Notes: generated by a model from the sequence alone, not told the origin. DNA of 57,693 nucleotides from Acidobacteriota bacterium (GCA_023265015.1 JAHFUO010000012.1:1-57693); one strand, 5' to 3'; numbered from the stretch's first letter, positions 1 through 9,626 are shown. Numbers and translations are program-made.

Positions 1-196
1 GGTCCTTCACCTTCTCGAAGAGCGTGCGATCGCGCGCGTCGCCTCCCGGAGGAATCTGAGCCTTCTTGGTCCGCCGCATCCAGCGGATGCTGTACTCGTT
101 GGTCCGCCGGCAGCGTGGGCACTGGAACTGCGCGGGGCGCTGTTCAGGTTTTTCCGTGAAGAACTGTCTCTCGTCCATGTGCTGATCATCATCCAT
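1..196 (-). CDS. partial small Cys-containing (zinc-ribbon-like) protein; 3' end lies outside the window
   Basis: Own translation of the minus strand from ATG at 196: MDDDQHMDERQFFTEKPEQRPAQFQCPRCRRTNEYSIRWMRRTKKAQIPPGGDARDRTLFEKVKD... It runs off the window start, is absent from the ORF track, and is divergent from lon. Confidence 0.4.
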   Translation of the reverse strand, partial: MDDDQHMDERQFFTEKPEQRPAQFQCPRCRRTNEYSIRWMRRTKKAQIPPGGDARDRTLFEKVKD

Positions 197-290
197 CTTT
201 GATTTGAGTATTTCAAAGCCGCCGTCTCACGATAGACTGGAACCGACACAACTGCCGCGTGCGGGCTCCGGCTCGGCGGCGCTTGGCCTC

Positions 291-2636
291 ATGGCCGAAC
301 CGACACCGCCGACGTTTCCGTCCGAACTCCCCGTTCTGCCGCTCCGCCGCACCGTCGCGTTCCCGCTGACGCTGCAGCCACTCGCGGTGAATCGTCCCGT
401 GTCCATTGAATCGGTCAACCGCGCGCTTGGCTCGGACCGGCTGGTGCTCCTCCTGCTCCAGCACGGCGAGGCGGACGACCCGACGCCGAACGACGTCCAC
501 CGCGTGGGCACCGTCGGCATCGTCCGCCAGATGGCGAAGGTCGGCGGCGGCATCAACATCATTATCGAGGGGGTGGCGCGTGTCCGCGCCGATGTGGTCA
601 CGCGCGCCGGGACGTCGATGCGCGCGCAGATCACGCCGATGCCCGAGAGCGTCGAGCGCACGCTCGAGGTCGAGGCGCACGTCCGCCGCATCCGGGAGCT
701 GATCGACAAGGCGTTGTCGCTGGCTACCGGCCTCTCCGAGGAGCTGCGCGGCGTCGTCATGAACATCGACGACCCGTTGCGGCTGGCGTATGTCCTCGCC
801 ACCCTCATCGACATGAAGGCCGAGGACAAGCAGGCGCTCCTCGAGGAAAACAATCTCACCAGCAAGCTGCAGGCCGTGGAGACGTCGCTCACCCGCGAGA
901 TCTCTCTGCTGGAGCTGAAAGGCAAGATCGAATCCCAGGCGCAGCAGGAGATGACCGACGCGCAGCGCCAGTACTACCTGCGGCAGCAGTTGAAGGCGAT
1001 CCAGCAGGAGCTCGGCGAAGGCGAAGGCAACGAGCTCGTCGAGCTGCGCAAGCGCATCGACGATGCGACGCTGCCGGAACCCGTGCACGAAGCGGCGATG
1101 TGCGAGGTGGATCGCCTGGCGCGGATGACCCCGACGTCACCCGAGTACCAGATGCTGCGGACCTACATCGACTGGCTCCTCGATGTGCCGTGGCCGGTGA
1201 CGACACGCGATCGGCTCGATCTGATCGAAGCGCGCAAGGTGCTGGACGAGGATCACTACGACCTCGACAAGGTCAAGGAACGTATCGTCGAGTACCTCGC
1301 CGTCCGGAAGCTGAAAGGCGACATGAAGGGACCGATCCTCTGCTTCGTCGGCCCGCCTGGCGTGGGCAAGACGTCGCTCGGCCAGTCGATTGCGCGCGCC
1401 ATGGAGCGCAAGTTCGTCCGCCTCTCGCTCGGCGGCGTGCGCGATGAAGCGGAGATACGCGGCCACCGGCGCACCTACATCGGATCGATCCCCGGGCGCA
1501 TCGTGCAGGCGCTGAAGCAGGCCGGATCGATGAACCCGGTGTTCATGCTGGACGAGATCGACAAGGTGTCTTCCGGCGGCTACCAGGGCGATCCTGCGTT
1601 CGCGCTGCTCGAAGTGCTCGACCCCGCGCAGAACCACTCGTTCCGCGACCACTACCTCGAGATTCCGGTCGATCTCTCCAAGGTGCTGTTCATCGCGACG
1701 TCGAACCAGCTGGGCACGATTCACCCCGCCCTGCTCGATCGCATGGAGATCATCTCGCTCAGCGGATACACCGAGGAGGAGAAGCTCCACATCGCGCGGA
1801 GGTATCTGCTGCCCCGGCAGGAGAGCGAGCACGGCTTGCCGCCAGGCATCCTCGAAATCACGGACGCCGCGCTGCGGCTGGTCATCTCCGAGTACACGCG
1901 CGAAGCGGGCGTCCGCAACGTCGAACGACAGCTCGGGGCGCTCGCGCGGAAGGTTGCGGCGAAGATCGCGACACGGCCGGCGGATGCGGGGCCCCCGGAC
2001 AAAACGGTCATTGACCGCGACGAGGTGGATGACTACCTCGGGCCGGCCCGCTTCAGGAAAGAAGTGGCGTTTCGGGTCTCCCGGCCGGGCGTCGCAACCG
2101 GAGTGGCCTGGACCGAAGTCGGGGGCGACGTGCTCTTCATCGAAGCGACCTTGCTTCCAGGCGGGAACCAGAACATTATTCTCACGGGTCAGCTCGGCAA
2201 CGTGATGCAGGAGTCGGCCCGCGCGGCCCTCAGCCATATCCGGTCGCGTGCCGGGGAGCTCGGAATCTCGGGCGATTTCCTGGCGAAACACGACCTTCAC
2301 ATCCACGTTCCGGCCGGCGCAATCCCGAAGGACGGTCCTTCGGCGGGCGTGACGATGGCCACGGCCATCCTGTCGGCGGCGCGCGGTCAGCCGGTGCGGA
2401 AGGATGTCGCGATGACCGGCGAGATCACCTTGAGCGGCCTCGTGCTTCCGGTCGGCGGCATCCGTGAGAAGGCGCTGGCCGCGCGGCGGTTCGGGATCAA
2501 AACGTTCGTCCTGCCGGCGCTCAACGAGCCTGACCTCGTGGAGCTGCCCGAGGAGCTCCGGCGCGACATGACCTTCGTGCCGGCAGAGACTCTCGATCAG
2601 GTAATCAAGGTCGCATTCGGGGATACGGTCCAGTAA
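291..2636 (+). CDS. lon: ATP-dependent Lon protease
   Basis: ORF 204..2636. Lon N-domain ([14 protein letters not shown]), Walker [11 protein letters not shown]-terminal Lon protease domain ([14 protein letters not shown]). Start set at ATG 291 (MAEPTPP). Confidence 0.95.
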   Translation: MAEPTPPTFPSELPVLPLRRTVAFPLTLQPLAVNRPVSIESVNRALGSDRLVLLLLQHGEADDPTPNDVHRVGTVGIVRQMAKVGGGINIIIEGVARVRADVVTRAGTSMRAQITPMPESVERTLEVEAHVRRIRELIDKALSLATGLSEELRGVVMNIDDPLRLAYVLATLIDMKAEDKQALLEENNLTSKLQAVETSLTREISLLELKGKIESQAQQEMTDAQRQYYLRQQLKAIQQELGEGEGNELVELRKRIDDATLPEPVHEAAMCEVDRLARMTPTSPEYQMLRTYIDWLLDVPWPVTTRDRLDLIEARKVLDEDHYDLDKVKERIVEYLAVRKLKGDMKGPILCFVGPPGVGKTSLGQSIARAMERKFVRLSLGGVRDEAEIRGHRRTYIGSIPGRIVQALKQAGSMNPVFMLDEIDKVSSGGYQGDPAFALLEVLDPAQNHSFRDHYLEIPVDLSKVLFIATSNQLGTIHPALLDRMEIISLSGYTEEEKLHIARRYLLPRQESEHGLPPGILEITDAALRLVISEYTREAGVRNVERQLGALARKVAAKIATRPADAGPPDKTVIDRDEVDDYLGPARFRKEVAFRVSRPGVATGVAWTEVGGDVLFIEATLLPGGNQNIILTGQLGNVMQESARAALSHIRSRAGELGISGDFLAKHDLHIHVPAGAIPKDGPSAGVTMATAILSAARGQPVRKDVAMTGEITLSGLVLPVGGIREKALAARRFGIKTFVLPALNEPDLVELPEELRRDMTFVPAETLDQVIKVAFGDTVQ

Positions 2637-2637
2637 A

Positions 2638-3807
2638 TTGCCAGCAGCCATCGTCTTCTACGTGTCCGGCCACGGCTTCGGTCACGCCGCGCGCGTCATC
2701 GAGGTCATCAACGCCATCCTGGCCAGGCGTCCCGAAGCGCGCATCGGCGTGCGGACGGCCGCCCCGCGGTGGCTCTTCGACCTGACCGTCACGGGCAAGA
2801 TCATGTTCAGCACGCTCGAGTGCGACACCGGCGTCGTCCAGATCGATTCGCTGACGCTCGACGAGGCGGACTCGATCCGCCGCGCGTCGGCGTTCCACAG
2901 CGACCTCGTGACGCGCGCCGCGAGCGAGACGCGCGTGCTCCGCGAGCTTGGCGCCGGCCTCATCGTCGGCGACATCCCGCCGCTGGCCTTTGCCGTCGGC
3001 GGCGCCGCGGGCATTCCGTCGATCGGGCTCGGTAACTTCACGTGGGACTGGGTGTACGCGGACTACCCGCGCGTACGGCTCGCGCCGTCGCTGCTGCCCG
3101 CCATCCGCACCGCCTATTCCAGGGCGTCGATGGCGCTCCGGCTGCCAATGTGCGGCGGGTTCGAGAACTTCTCGAACGTCAAGGACATCCCGTTCATTGC
3201 CCGGCACGCGACCCGGACGCGCGAAGAGGTCTGCAAGCTGCTGAAGCTGCCGGCCGACAAGCCGATCGTGCTCGCGTCGTTCGGCGGCTACGGGCTGCCG
3301 GGGCTCGAGACCGATGCGCTCGCAAAGTTCAAGAAGTACACGGCGGTGACCACGGCGAATCTCCCGCTGGGACGCACGCGCAAGGAGATGCCGGCGGCGG
3401 AGCGGAAGGGTTCGTTCATCAGCCTGAACGAAGAGGCGATGTACGACTCGGGCGTCCGCTACGAGGATCTCGTCGCGGCGGCCGAAGCGGTGGTCACGAA
3501 GCCCGGCTACGGGATCATCTCCGAGAGCATCGCCAACGACACCGCGGTCCTCTACACCTCGCGCGGCCACTTCCCCGAATACGACGTGCTCGTCGAGGAG
3601 ATGCCGAAGTACGTGCGCAGCGCGTTCATCGGCCACGACGATCTGTTTGCCGGGAAGTGGGAAGCGCACCTCGACAAGCTGCTGGCACAGCCGAGGCTCA
3701 AGAAGAAGCCGGAGACGAACGGGGCTGATGTGGCCGCGGAGCTGCTGCTGAAGGCGCTCGATAAACCACCCAAGAAACCGCGCGGCAGACCTCGCGCCAA
3801 GGTCTAG
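2638..3807 (+). CDS. GT-B fold glycosyltransferase-like protein (GT28/MurG-like superfamily) with a basic C-terminal tail
   Basis: N-terminal FYVSGHGFGHAARV motif typical of GT-B enzymes. TTG start 1 nt after the lon stop, so probably co-transcribed. Tail ends KKPRGRPRAKV. Confidence 0.7.
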   Translation: MPAAIVFYVSGHGFGHAARVIEVINAILARRPEARIGVRTAAPRWLFDLTVTGKIMFSTLECDTGVVQIDSLTLDEADSIRRASAFHSDLVTRAASETRVLRELGAGLIVGDIPPLAFAVGGAAGIPSIGLGNFTWDWVYADYPRVRLAPSLLPAIRTAYSRASMALRLPMCGGFENFSNVKDIPFIARHATRTREEVCKLLKLPADKPIVLASFGGYGLPGLETDALAKFKKYTAVTTANLPLGRTRKEMPAAERKGSFISLNEEAMYDSGVRYEDLVAAAEAVVTKPGYGIISESIANDTAVLYTSRGHFPEYDVLVEEMPKYVRSAFIGHDDLFAGKWEAHLDKLLAQPRLKKKPETNGADVAAELLLKALDKPPKKPRGRPRAKV

Positions 3808-3812
3808 CCTTT

Positions 3813-3898
3813 AACCACGAAGGCCACGAAAGACTCGAAGAACACGAAGACCTTACAAGGATTTCGTGACCTTCGCGATTTTCGTGAGCTTCGTGGTT
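3813..3898. repeat. oligomer-array hairpin, family C (9-nt period, CACGAAG units; termini AACCACGAA...TTCGTGGTT)
   Basis: Left arm aaccacgaaggccacgaaagactcgaagaacacgaagacc. Right arm atttcgtgaccttcgcgattttcgtgagcttcgtggtt is its imperfect reverse complement. Confidence 0.8.
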
Positions 3899-3984
3899 AG
3901 TCTTTTTTGCAGGTAACGAGACACCCGCGGGACGTCCATCTACCCCACTGTCTATGTAGTAGTATTACTTGTAAGGGTATTACC

Positions 3985-4221
3985 ATGCGCATCACATCGA
4001 AGGGTCAAGTGACAGTCCCGGTCGAGGTTCGACGAAAACTGGGGCTGCTTCCCAATACCGAGGTCGAGTTCGAAGTACGCGGCGCCGCTGCACGGCTCGT
4101 AAAGGTGCCGGCCCGGCGGGGCCGTAGTCGGGGCGGCGATGTCGTCGAGCGCCTGCACGGCAAGGCCGATGTCCGTATGACGACGGATGAGATTCTTGCG
4201 CTGACGCGAAAACGGGGATGA
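3985..4221 (+). CDS. vapB: AbrB/SpoVT-family antitoxin (VapB-like)
   Basis: MRITSKGQVTVPVEVRRKLGL swapped-hairpin N-terminus. ATGA stop/start overlap with the downstream PIN gene. Start trimmed to ATG 3985. Confidence 0.85.
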   Translation: MRITSKGQVTVPVEVRRKLGLLPNTEVEFEVRGAAARLVKVPARRGRSRGGDVVERLHGKADVRMTTDEILALTRKRG

Positions 4222-4622
4222 AGACGATTCTGGTCGACAGCAACGTCATTCTGGATGTGGCGACCAGCGACCCTACCTGGTTTTCGTGGTCGTCGCGCGC
4301 GCTGGCGGCCGCGGCCGATGACGCGGCGCTCGCGATCAACGCGCTGATCTACGCCGAGGTCTCTGTGGCATTTCGAAGAATCGAGGATCTCGAACAGAGC
4401 GTCCCGGCCTCGTTGTTCCAGCGTGAACCGCTCCCGTTCGAGGCCGCCTTCCTGGCGGGAAAGGCATTTCTCCGGTACCGGCGACATGGCGGGACGCGGA
4501 CATCGCCGCTGCCCGATTTCTACATTGGCGCGCACGCCGCGATTGTGGGGTGTCGCCTGCTGACGCGCGATCCAGTCCGCTATCGCACGTACTTCCCCAC
4601 GGTAGATCTCATCGCTCCTTGA
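4218..4622 (+). CDS. vapC: PIN-domain ribonuclease toxin (VapC-like)
   Basis: ILVDSNVILD N-terminal acidic motif, later LLTRD. 4-nt overlap with vapB. Confidence 0.9.
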   Translation: MKTILVDSNVILDVATSDPTWFSWSSRALAAAADDAALAINALIYAEVSVAFRRIEDLEQSVPASLFQREPLPFEAAFLAGKAFLRYRRHGGTRTSPLPDFYIGAHAAIVGCRLLTRDPVRYRTYFPTVDLIAP

Positions 4623-4720
4623 CGTTCAGCACAGGGGCGGCCGCCCGGCTGCGGCAACGGCCCCCATCACCGTCGTCCTGAACTGGGACGCGGCGCTCCC
4701 GAAGTGAAAGGTTATAAGCC

Positions 4721-4907
4721 GGTTCTCAGGTTGCTTTGGTGCTTGGGTGCTCGGGTTCCGGTGCTCGGGTTCACGGGAACGCTCGTTCACTGGAAGGTTC
4801 TCACGTTCTGCCAGCAAGAAGTGAACCGATGAACGACCCGAGCACCTTGAACCCGAGTACCAGCGAACTGGAACCCAAGCACCCGAGCACCAGAGCAACC
4901 CTAGAAC
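4721..4907. repeat. oligomer-array hairpin, family A (about 187 bp; GGTGCTCGGGTTC-type units; termini GGTTCTCAGG...CCCTAGAAC)
   Basis: Left arm ggttctcaggttgctttggtgcttgggtgctcgggttccggtgctcgggttcacgg. Right arm ...gaacccgagtaccagcgaactggaacccaagcacccgagcaccagagcaaccctagaac is complementary. Fills the convergent spacer between vapC and the methyltransferase. Confidence 0.8.
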
Positions 4908-4911
4908 TGGC

Positions 4912-5595
4912 CTAGTCCTTTATACAAGTCACCAGCGACCAGAGCCTCGGGAAGTTGACCTTCTTGATCGAGATCGGCTGAAGGCCTGCCTGCGCGAGGA
5001 AGCCGGGAAGGTCGAGATCCGACTTGAAGCCGAGGTGGACGGTGAACGGCGAAATCGCGCGCTCGAAGCGCGAGAAGATCGGGCTCGCGCTGCGGAAATG
5101 ATTCAGGACGATGATCTTTCCGCCGGGCCGGCAGACGCGGCGCATCTCCTTCACGACCTGCACGGGATCGGGCACCACGCTGATCAGGTACGGCGCGTAG
5201 ACGATGTCGAACGAGTCGTCCGCGAACATCATGTGCGACGCATCCATCTCGAGCAGGCGGATATTGCGCAGCCCCTTCTGCTCCACGCGATCGCGGCCCT
5301 TGTCGAGCATGGAGGCCGAAAAATCGATGCCGGTGACGTGACAGTTGCGCGGGTAGAGCGCGGCGTTGATGCCGGTTCCGAAGCCGGTCTCGAGGATCCG
5401 ATCCCCCGGAGCGATGCCCATGTGTTCGATGGCGACGAGCCGGCCGTGGTGCAGCGTCGGGCCGAACCACAGGTCGTACCAGCACGCCTGCTTTGCGTAC
5501 ACCCGCGCCATGAAATCGGTTTCGACAGCGGTCACCGACAGTGCGCGCGTCGCAGCGTCTGATCCGAAATCGTCGTCTTCGCGGTCGAACAGCAT
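4912..5595 (-). CDS. class I SAM-dependent methyltransferase (phospholipid N-methyltransferase/UbiE-like)
   Basis: SAM-binding ILETGFGTG motif. Typical 227-aa size. Confidence 0.8.
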   Translation of the reverse strand: MLFDREDDDFGSDAATRALSVTAVETDFMARVYAKQACWYDLWFGPTLHHGRLVAIEHMGIAPGDRILETGFGTGINAALYPRNCHVTGIDFSASMLDKGRDRVEQKGLRNIRLLEMDASHMMFADDSFDIVYAPYLISVVPDPVQVVKEMRRVCRPGGKIIVLNHFRSASPIFSRFERAISPFTVHLGFKSDLDLPGFLAQAGLQPISIKKVNFPRLWSLVTCIKD

Positions 5596-5723
5596 TCTGG
5601 TTGGCCTCCGGGAGGGCGGCTGTCCGAGCCTTCGTGTGAGGCGTGAAGTCCACCGACAGCGAAGCGGACCGCGCGACTATAGCGTTGTCAGGTGTGGATG
5701 GACAAGCCCCGATTTGCCTAGAT

Positions 5724-5807
5724 CAGTTGTCAGTTGCCCGTAGTCAGCTCTCAGTCGTGTTCCGCTTGGGATCGAACTGAGAACTGGCCACTGGGAACTG
5801 AAAACTG
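5724..5807. repeat. oligomer-array hairpin (7-nt period, CAGTTGT / reverse-complement AACTG units)
   Basis: Left cagttgtcagttgcccgtagtcagctctcagtcg. Right cgaactgagaactggccactgggaactgaaaactg (imperfect reverse complement). Confidence 0.75.
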
Positions 5808-5823
5808 CGTTAGCCGGGGCAAA

Positions 5824-7656
5824 TCAGGGGCGGAGCCCGTCCAGGACCGACAGGGCCGCTTCAATTCGCCCCCCGGACGCGGCCACGTGCACACCCTGCG
5901 CCATGCCTCGGACCGCGAGCGCCGTTTCCCGTGCAATCGCGATCCCCTGCGCCGCCGCCGCGGCCCCGTCCTGCGCACCGCGCATCCGCTCGATCACCTT
6001 ATCGGGCACGAGCACGTCCGGCACTTCGTTTGCCATGTACTCCGCCTCGAGCACGCTCTCGAACGGCCACAGCCCGGCGAGGATCGGGATGCGCGCTGAT
6101 TCGATCCGCTTGTAGAGGCGCTCGAACGTCGAGGGATCGAAGACCGGCCGCGTGATCGCGTACTCGGCGCCCGCCTCGACCTTGTACTCGAAGCGGCGCA
6201 CCTCGGCGTCGAGATCCTCGGCGCCCGGGTTCACCATCACGCCGACGTGAAACGCGGTCGGCATGCCGATCGCCTGGCCGCCGATGTCGAGACCACGATT
6301 GAGACGCGAGATGACGTTGGTGAGACCCACGGAGTCGACGTCGAAGACGACGGTGGCGTCGGGATAGTCGCCGACGGTGCGCGCGTCGCCGGTGACGATC
6401 GCGAGGTTCCGCACCCCCATCGCGTGCGCCCCCAGCAGGTCCGACTGCATGCCGAGCAGGTTGCGGTCGCGGCAGGAATACTGCAACACCGTCTCGATGC
6501 CCGCCTTCTGCTGCACGAGCACCGCGAGCGACAGCGCGCTCATGCGGGGGCCGCGCGGACCATCGGGGATGTTGACCACGTCGACGCCGCGGATCTTCAG
6601 CGTGCGCGCCTGCTCCACGATCTCGTCGCTCACATGCCCCTTGGGCGGCATAAGCTCGACGACCGTGGCGAACCGCCCTGCCGCAAGCGCCGCCGCAAAC
6701 TGCGACTTCTCGGCGCGCGGCACGAGCGCTGGCGGCGGGTCCAGAAGGACCGCGCCCGGCGGGTCCGAAGGCCGGGTCCTTTCGGACCCGGCCTGCTTGA
6801 TCGCCGCCTTGATCTGCCGGATGTGCTCGGGCGTCGTGCCGCAGCAACCGCCGACGAGGCGGACACCCTGCTGCACGAAGCGCCGCGCGTACGACGCCAT
6901 GTATTCCGGCGACGAGAGGTAGATGTTGCGCCCCTCGATGTCGCGCGGGCGGCCGGCGTTCGGCTGCGCGGACAGACGCGCCCGCGTCACCGAGGCCATC
7001 CGCTCGACGGTCTCGAGCATGTGCGCCGGCCCGATGCTGCAGTTCACGCCGATGACGTCGGCGCCGCGCTTCTCGAGCTCCGGCGCAAACTGCTCCGGGG
7101 GGGTCCCGTCCAGGCTGTTGCCGTCGTCTTCGATGGTCATCTGCGCGACGATCGGCAGCGGGCAGAGGCTGCGAACGGCCGCGATCGCGGCGCCCACCTC
7201 GTTCAGGTCCCGGAAGGTCTCGATCACGAACAGGTCGACGCCCCCTTCGAGCAGCGCCTCCGCCTGCTCGCGGAAGTACGACTCGGCCTCGTCGGTGCCC
7301 ATCTTGCCCCAGGGCTCGATGCGCACGCCGAGAGGACCGATCGCCCCGGCGACGTACGCCTGATCGCGCGCGGCCCGGCGCGCGATGCGGGCCCCCTCGA
7401 CGTTGATGTCGCGCACGCGATCCCCGAGGCCAAAGGCGCGCAGCTTGACGCGGTTCGCGCCGAACGTGTTCGTCTCGAGGACGTCGGCGCCTGCCCGCAC
7501 GTAATCCTGGTGGATTTCCGTGACGGTATCGGCCGACATGACGTTCAACGAGTCGAAACAGCGGTTGATGAACACGCCCTTGGCGTACAGCATCGTGCCC
7601 ATGGCGCCGTCGCAGACGAGCACGCGTTGATCAAGGGCTTCCAGGAACGGTTTCAT
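5824..7656 (-). CDS. bifunctional homocysteine S-methyltransferase / 5,10-methylenetetrahydrofolate reductase (YitJ-like)
   Basis: N-terminal HMT domain (VLETNTFGAN..., GGCCGTTPEHI) fused to a C-terminal MTHFR domain (VVNIPDGPRG..., RDRN...). The long ORF 5824..8400 is trimmed to ATG 7656 (MKPFLEALD). Confidence 0.9.
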   Translation of the reverse strand: MKPFLEALDQRVLVCDGAMGTMLYAKGVFINRCFDSLNVMSADTVTEIHQDYVRAGADVLETNTFGANRVKLRAFGLGDRVRDINVEGARIARRAARDQAYVAGAIGPLGVRIEPWGKMGTDEAESYFREQAEALLEGGVDLFVIETFRDLNEVGAAIAAVRSLCPLPIVAQMTIEDDGNSLDGTPPEQFAPELEKRGADVIGVNCSIGPAHMLETVERMASVTRARLSAQPNAGRPRDIEGRNIYLSSPEYMASYARRFVQQGVRLVGGCCGTTPEHIRQIKAAIKQAGSERTRPSDPPGAVLLDPPPALVPRAEKSQFAAALAAGRFATVVELMPPKGHVSDEIVEQARTLKIRGVDVVNIPDGPRGPRMSALSLAVLVQQKAGIETVLQYSCRDRNLLGMQSDLLGAHAMGVRNLAIVTGDARTVGDYPDATVVFDVDSVGLTNVISRLNRGLDIGGQAIGMPTAFHVGVMVNPGAEDLDAEVRRFEYKVEAGAEYAITRPVFDPSTFERLYKRIESARIPILAGLWPFESVLEAEYMANEVPDVLVPDKVIERMRGAQDGAAAAAQGIAIARETALAVRGMAQGVHVAASGGRIEAALSVLDGLRP

Positions 7657-7673
7657 GGGGTCGGAGGCCCCAT

Positions 7674-8084
7674 TTACTTCACGAGCAGATCGGCCTTGTC
7701 CCAGATAAAGTCGTCCTTGCTGTAGACGGCGAGCTCGTAGTCCTTGCCCATGAAGATCGCCGACACCGGGCACGCTTCCTCGCAGTAGCCGCAGAAGATG
7801 CAGCGCATCTTGTGGATCTGGTACACCGAGGCGTAGCGCGGGCCCGCCATCACCGTTCCGTCGTTCTCCGCCGCCTCGAGATAGATCGCATCCGCCGGGC
7901 ACGCCACCGAGCAGAGACCACAGGCGACGCACTTCTCCAGACCGTTCTCGTCGCGCAGGAGCACCTGCTTGCCACGGTACTTCGGGAACATCGGCACCTT
8001 CTCGTACGGGTAGTTCACCGTCACCTTCGGCTTGAACATGTGGCGGAACGTCGTGACGAGCCCGGTAATCAGCGGTCGGATCAT
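7674..8084 (-). CDS. nuoI: NADH-quinone oxidoreductase subunit I-like 2x[4Fe-4S] protein
   Basis: GLVTTFRHMFKPKVTVNYPYEK NuoI-type N-terminus. Two CxxCxxCxxxCP motifs (CVACGLCSVACP, CIFCGYCEEACP). Start set at MIRPLITG. Confidence 0.85.
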   Translation of the reverse strand: MIRPLITGLVTTFRHMFKPKVTVNYPYEKVPMFPKYRGKQVLLRDENGLEKCVACGLCSVACPADAIYLEAAENDGTVMAGPRYASVYQIHKMRCIFCGYCEEACPVSAIFMGKDYELAVYSKDDFIWDKADLLVK

Positions 8085-8102
8085 CCTTCGATGATAACTG
8101 AG

Positions 8103-8136
8103 CAATTCCCAATTCCCAACCCCCCAACTCCCAAGG
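8103..8136. repeat. one-armed heptamer array (CAATTCC-type), C-rich on + strand
   Basis: caattcc caattcc caacccc ccaactc ccaagg. Confidence 0.7.
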
Positions 8137-8167
8137 AACCTCGCACGAGTTTGTCGGCCCGGTTAGA

Positions 8168-9529
8168 ATGGCCGGCATAGTGCTCCAGGAAGCCAAATTT
8201 CTCTCTGCGGAGCAGTTCCTGCTCACGACGCTCATCGTCAAGCTCGCCGTCATGGCGGTGCTCGCGACGATGCTCGCGCGGTACCGGCGGTTCCGGCACA
8301 TCCTGATCTTCGAGCAGCGCGGGTGGAACGATCGGCTCGTCTTCACCGCCGCGTTCGGCATCCCGCTGATGGCCGGCGTCACGGCGCGGCTCCTCCTCAA
8401 CTACTACGCCGCGGATCTCTCGCTCGAGGGCGCATTCCTGGCCGGGCTGATCGCGGGCCCGTACGCCGGCGCGCTGGTCGGCGTGCTCGCCGGCACGCCC
8501 GCGCTCATCGCGGGCCAGTTCATCGCGCTGCCGTTTGCCGTCGGATGCGGCTTTGCCGGGGGCGGCCTGCGCGAGGCCTGTCCCAAGGAAACGATCTGGC
8601 AGCTCTCGCCGTTCGTCTTCATGGACCTGCACAAGCACCTGTGGTACATGATCCGGAAGGTCGGCGTGAGCTGGCAGCTGGTGCTGGTCCTCGCCGCCGT
8701 CGCGCTGGAGCTGCTGCGCGAGTCGCTCGGCGTCCGGTTCGGCACGCAGGCGATCTTCTACCTCGGGTCGCTGATCGGCAACACGAACATCCTCGTCAAC
8801 TCGCCGTGGATGATGGCGCTCATCGTGCTGTCAACCGTGCTGGCGGTCGCGACGCCCATCAGGATCTGGAACACCGCGCGCATCGAGCATCGCCTGCAGG
8901 AACAGGAAAAGCTGCTGCTCGCGGCGAAGATTGAAGCGCTCAAGAGCCAGATCAACCCGCACTTCCTGTTCAACACCCTGACGTCGATCTCGTCGCTCAT
9001 TCGCTCGCAGCCGGAGACGGCGCGCACGCTGATCAACAAGCTGTCCGGCCTCCTCCGCCGCCTGCTCCGCAGCCACCAGCACTTCGTCAGTCTGCGCGAG
9101 GAGCTCGAGTCGATCGACGAATACCTCGACATCGAAGTCGTGCGGTTCGGGCCAAAGCTGCGCGTCCGGAAAGAAATCAGCGCCGATACGATCGACGTCG
9201 TCGTGCCGAGCATGATCCTGCAGCCGCTGGTCGAGAACTCCATCAAGCATGGCTTCGCCCGCAAGGTCGGCGTCGGCAACATCGTCATCCGGAGCTGGCG
9301 CGAAAACGGCCGCGTGATGATCGAGGTCCAGGACGACGGGATGGGGTTCATGATGGAGCGCCTGGATCAGCCGATGGCCAGCGGCATCGGCCTGGCCAAC
9401 GTCCGCGAGCGCCTGCGGGTCATCTACGGCGCGGCGTACCAGCTCACGCTCGTGAGCGAGCCGGGCAGGGGGACGAGCGCCCGCGTCGAGATTCCCGAGC
9501 TGATGGCCGCGGAACAGATCACGGCATGA
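8168..9529 (+). CDS. LytS/YehU-type sensor histidine kinase
   Basis: Multi-TM N-terminus, His_kinase motif INPHFLFNTL, HATPase (QDDGMGF, GIGLANVRERL). Confidence 0.85.
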   Translation: MAGIVLQEAKFLSAEQFLLTTLIVKLAVMAVLATMLARYRRFRHILIFEQRGWNDRLVFTAAFGIPLMAGVTARLLLNYYAADLSLEGAFLAGLIAGPYAGALVGVLAGTPALIAGQFIALPFAVGCGFAGGGLREACPKETIWQLSPFVFMDLHKHLWYMIRKVGVSWQLVLVLAAVALELLRESLGVRFGTQAIFYLGSLIGNTNILVNSPWMMALIVLSTVLAVATPIRIWNTARIEHRLQEQEKLLLAAKIEALKSQINPHFLFNTLTSISSLIRSQPETARTLINKLSGLLRRLLRSHQHFVSLREELESIDEYLDIEVVRFGPKLRVRKEISADTIDVVVPSMILQPLVENSIKHGFARKVGVGNIVIRSWRENGRVMIEVQDDGMGFMMERLDQPMASGIGLANVRERLRVIYGAAYQLTLVSEPGRGTSARVEIPELMAAEQITA

Positions 9530-9530
9530 G

Positions 9531-9626
9531 ATTGACGGATTTACGAATCTACGAATTGACGAATTTGGATTCTTCGATTTCAATTCCAATTCGAATCCGT
9601 AAATTCGTAAATTCGTAAATTCGTCC
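9531..9626. repeat. oligomer-array hairpin, family B (8-nt period, TTACGAAT/ACGAATTG units)
   Basis: Left gacggatttacgaatctacgaattgacgaatttggattc. Right gaatccgtaaattcgtaaattcgtaaattcgtc. Occupies the whole 97-nt kinase/regulator spacer. Confidence 0.85.

Noticed and set aside
197-290. Possible sigma-70-like promoter (TTTCAA-N16-TAGACT) between the divergent zinc-ribbon gene and lon. A similar TACAAT box lies at 12970-12975 before the DNA methyltransferase.
   Set aside because: These are hexamer matches only, with weak -35 elements and no supporting data, so I did not report them as features.
1137-2651. 504-aa ORF antisense to lon. Similar long antisense or out-of-frame ORFs occur at 213..1088, 6247..7725, 10484..11095, 16508..17332, 27304..29250, 31473..33041, 33894..35306, 35950..37536, 40759..41985, 43379..44683 and 47952..49121.
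   Set aside because: Each lies opposite a gene with clear family motifs. Their products are Arg/Ala/Gly/Pro/Asp-rich with no recognisable motifs. This is the usual consequence of high G+C and GC3 bias suppressing stop codons in non-coding frames.
8085-8167. Looked for a SAM/THF-type riboswitch upstream of the nuoI-yitJ operon, and for a leader peptide or T-box upstream of the leuA-like gene (46589-46692).
   Set aside because: The spacers are too short (83 and 104 nt) and contain only a heptamer array or an A/T-rich dyad. No conserved riboswitch helices were recognisable.
7657-8400. Upstream 248 codons of the 858-aa ORF 5824..8400.
   Set aside because: This is read-through of the nuoI region in another frame. 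The homocysteine-methyltransferase domain begins at MKPFLEALD (ATG 7656), and nuoI occupies 7674-8084 in its own frame.
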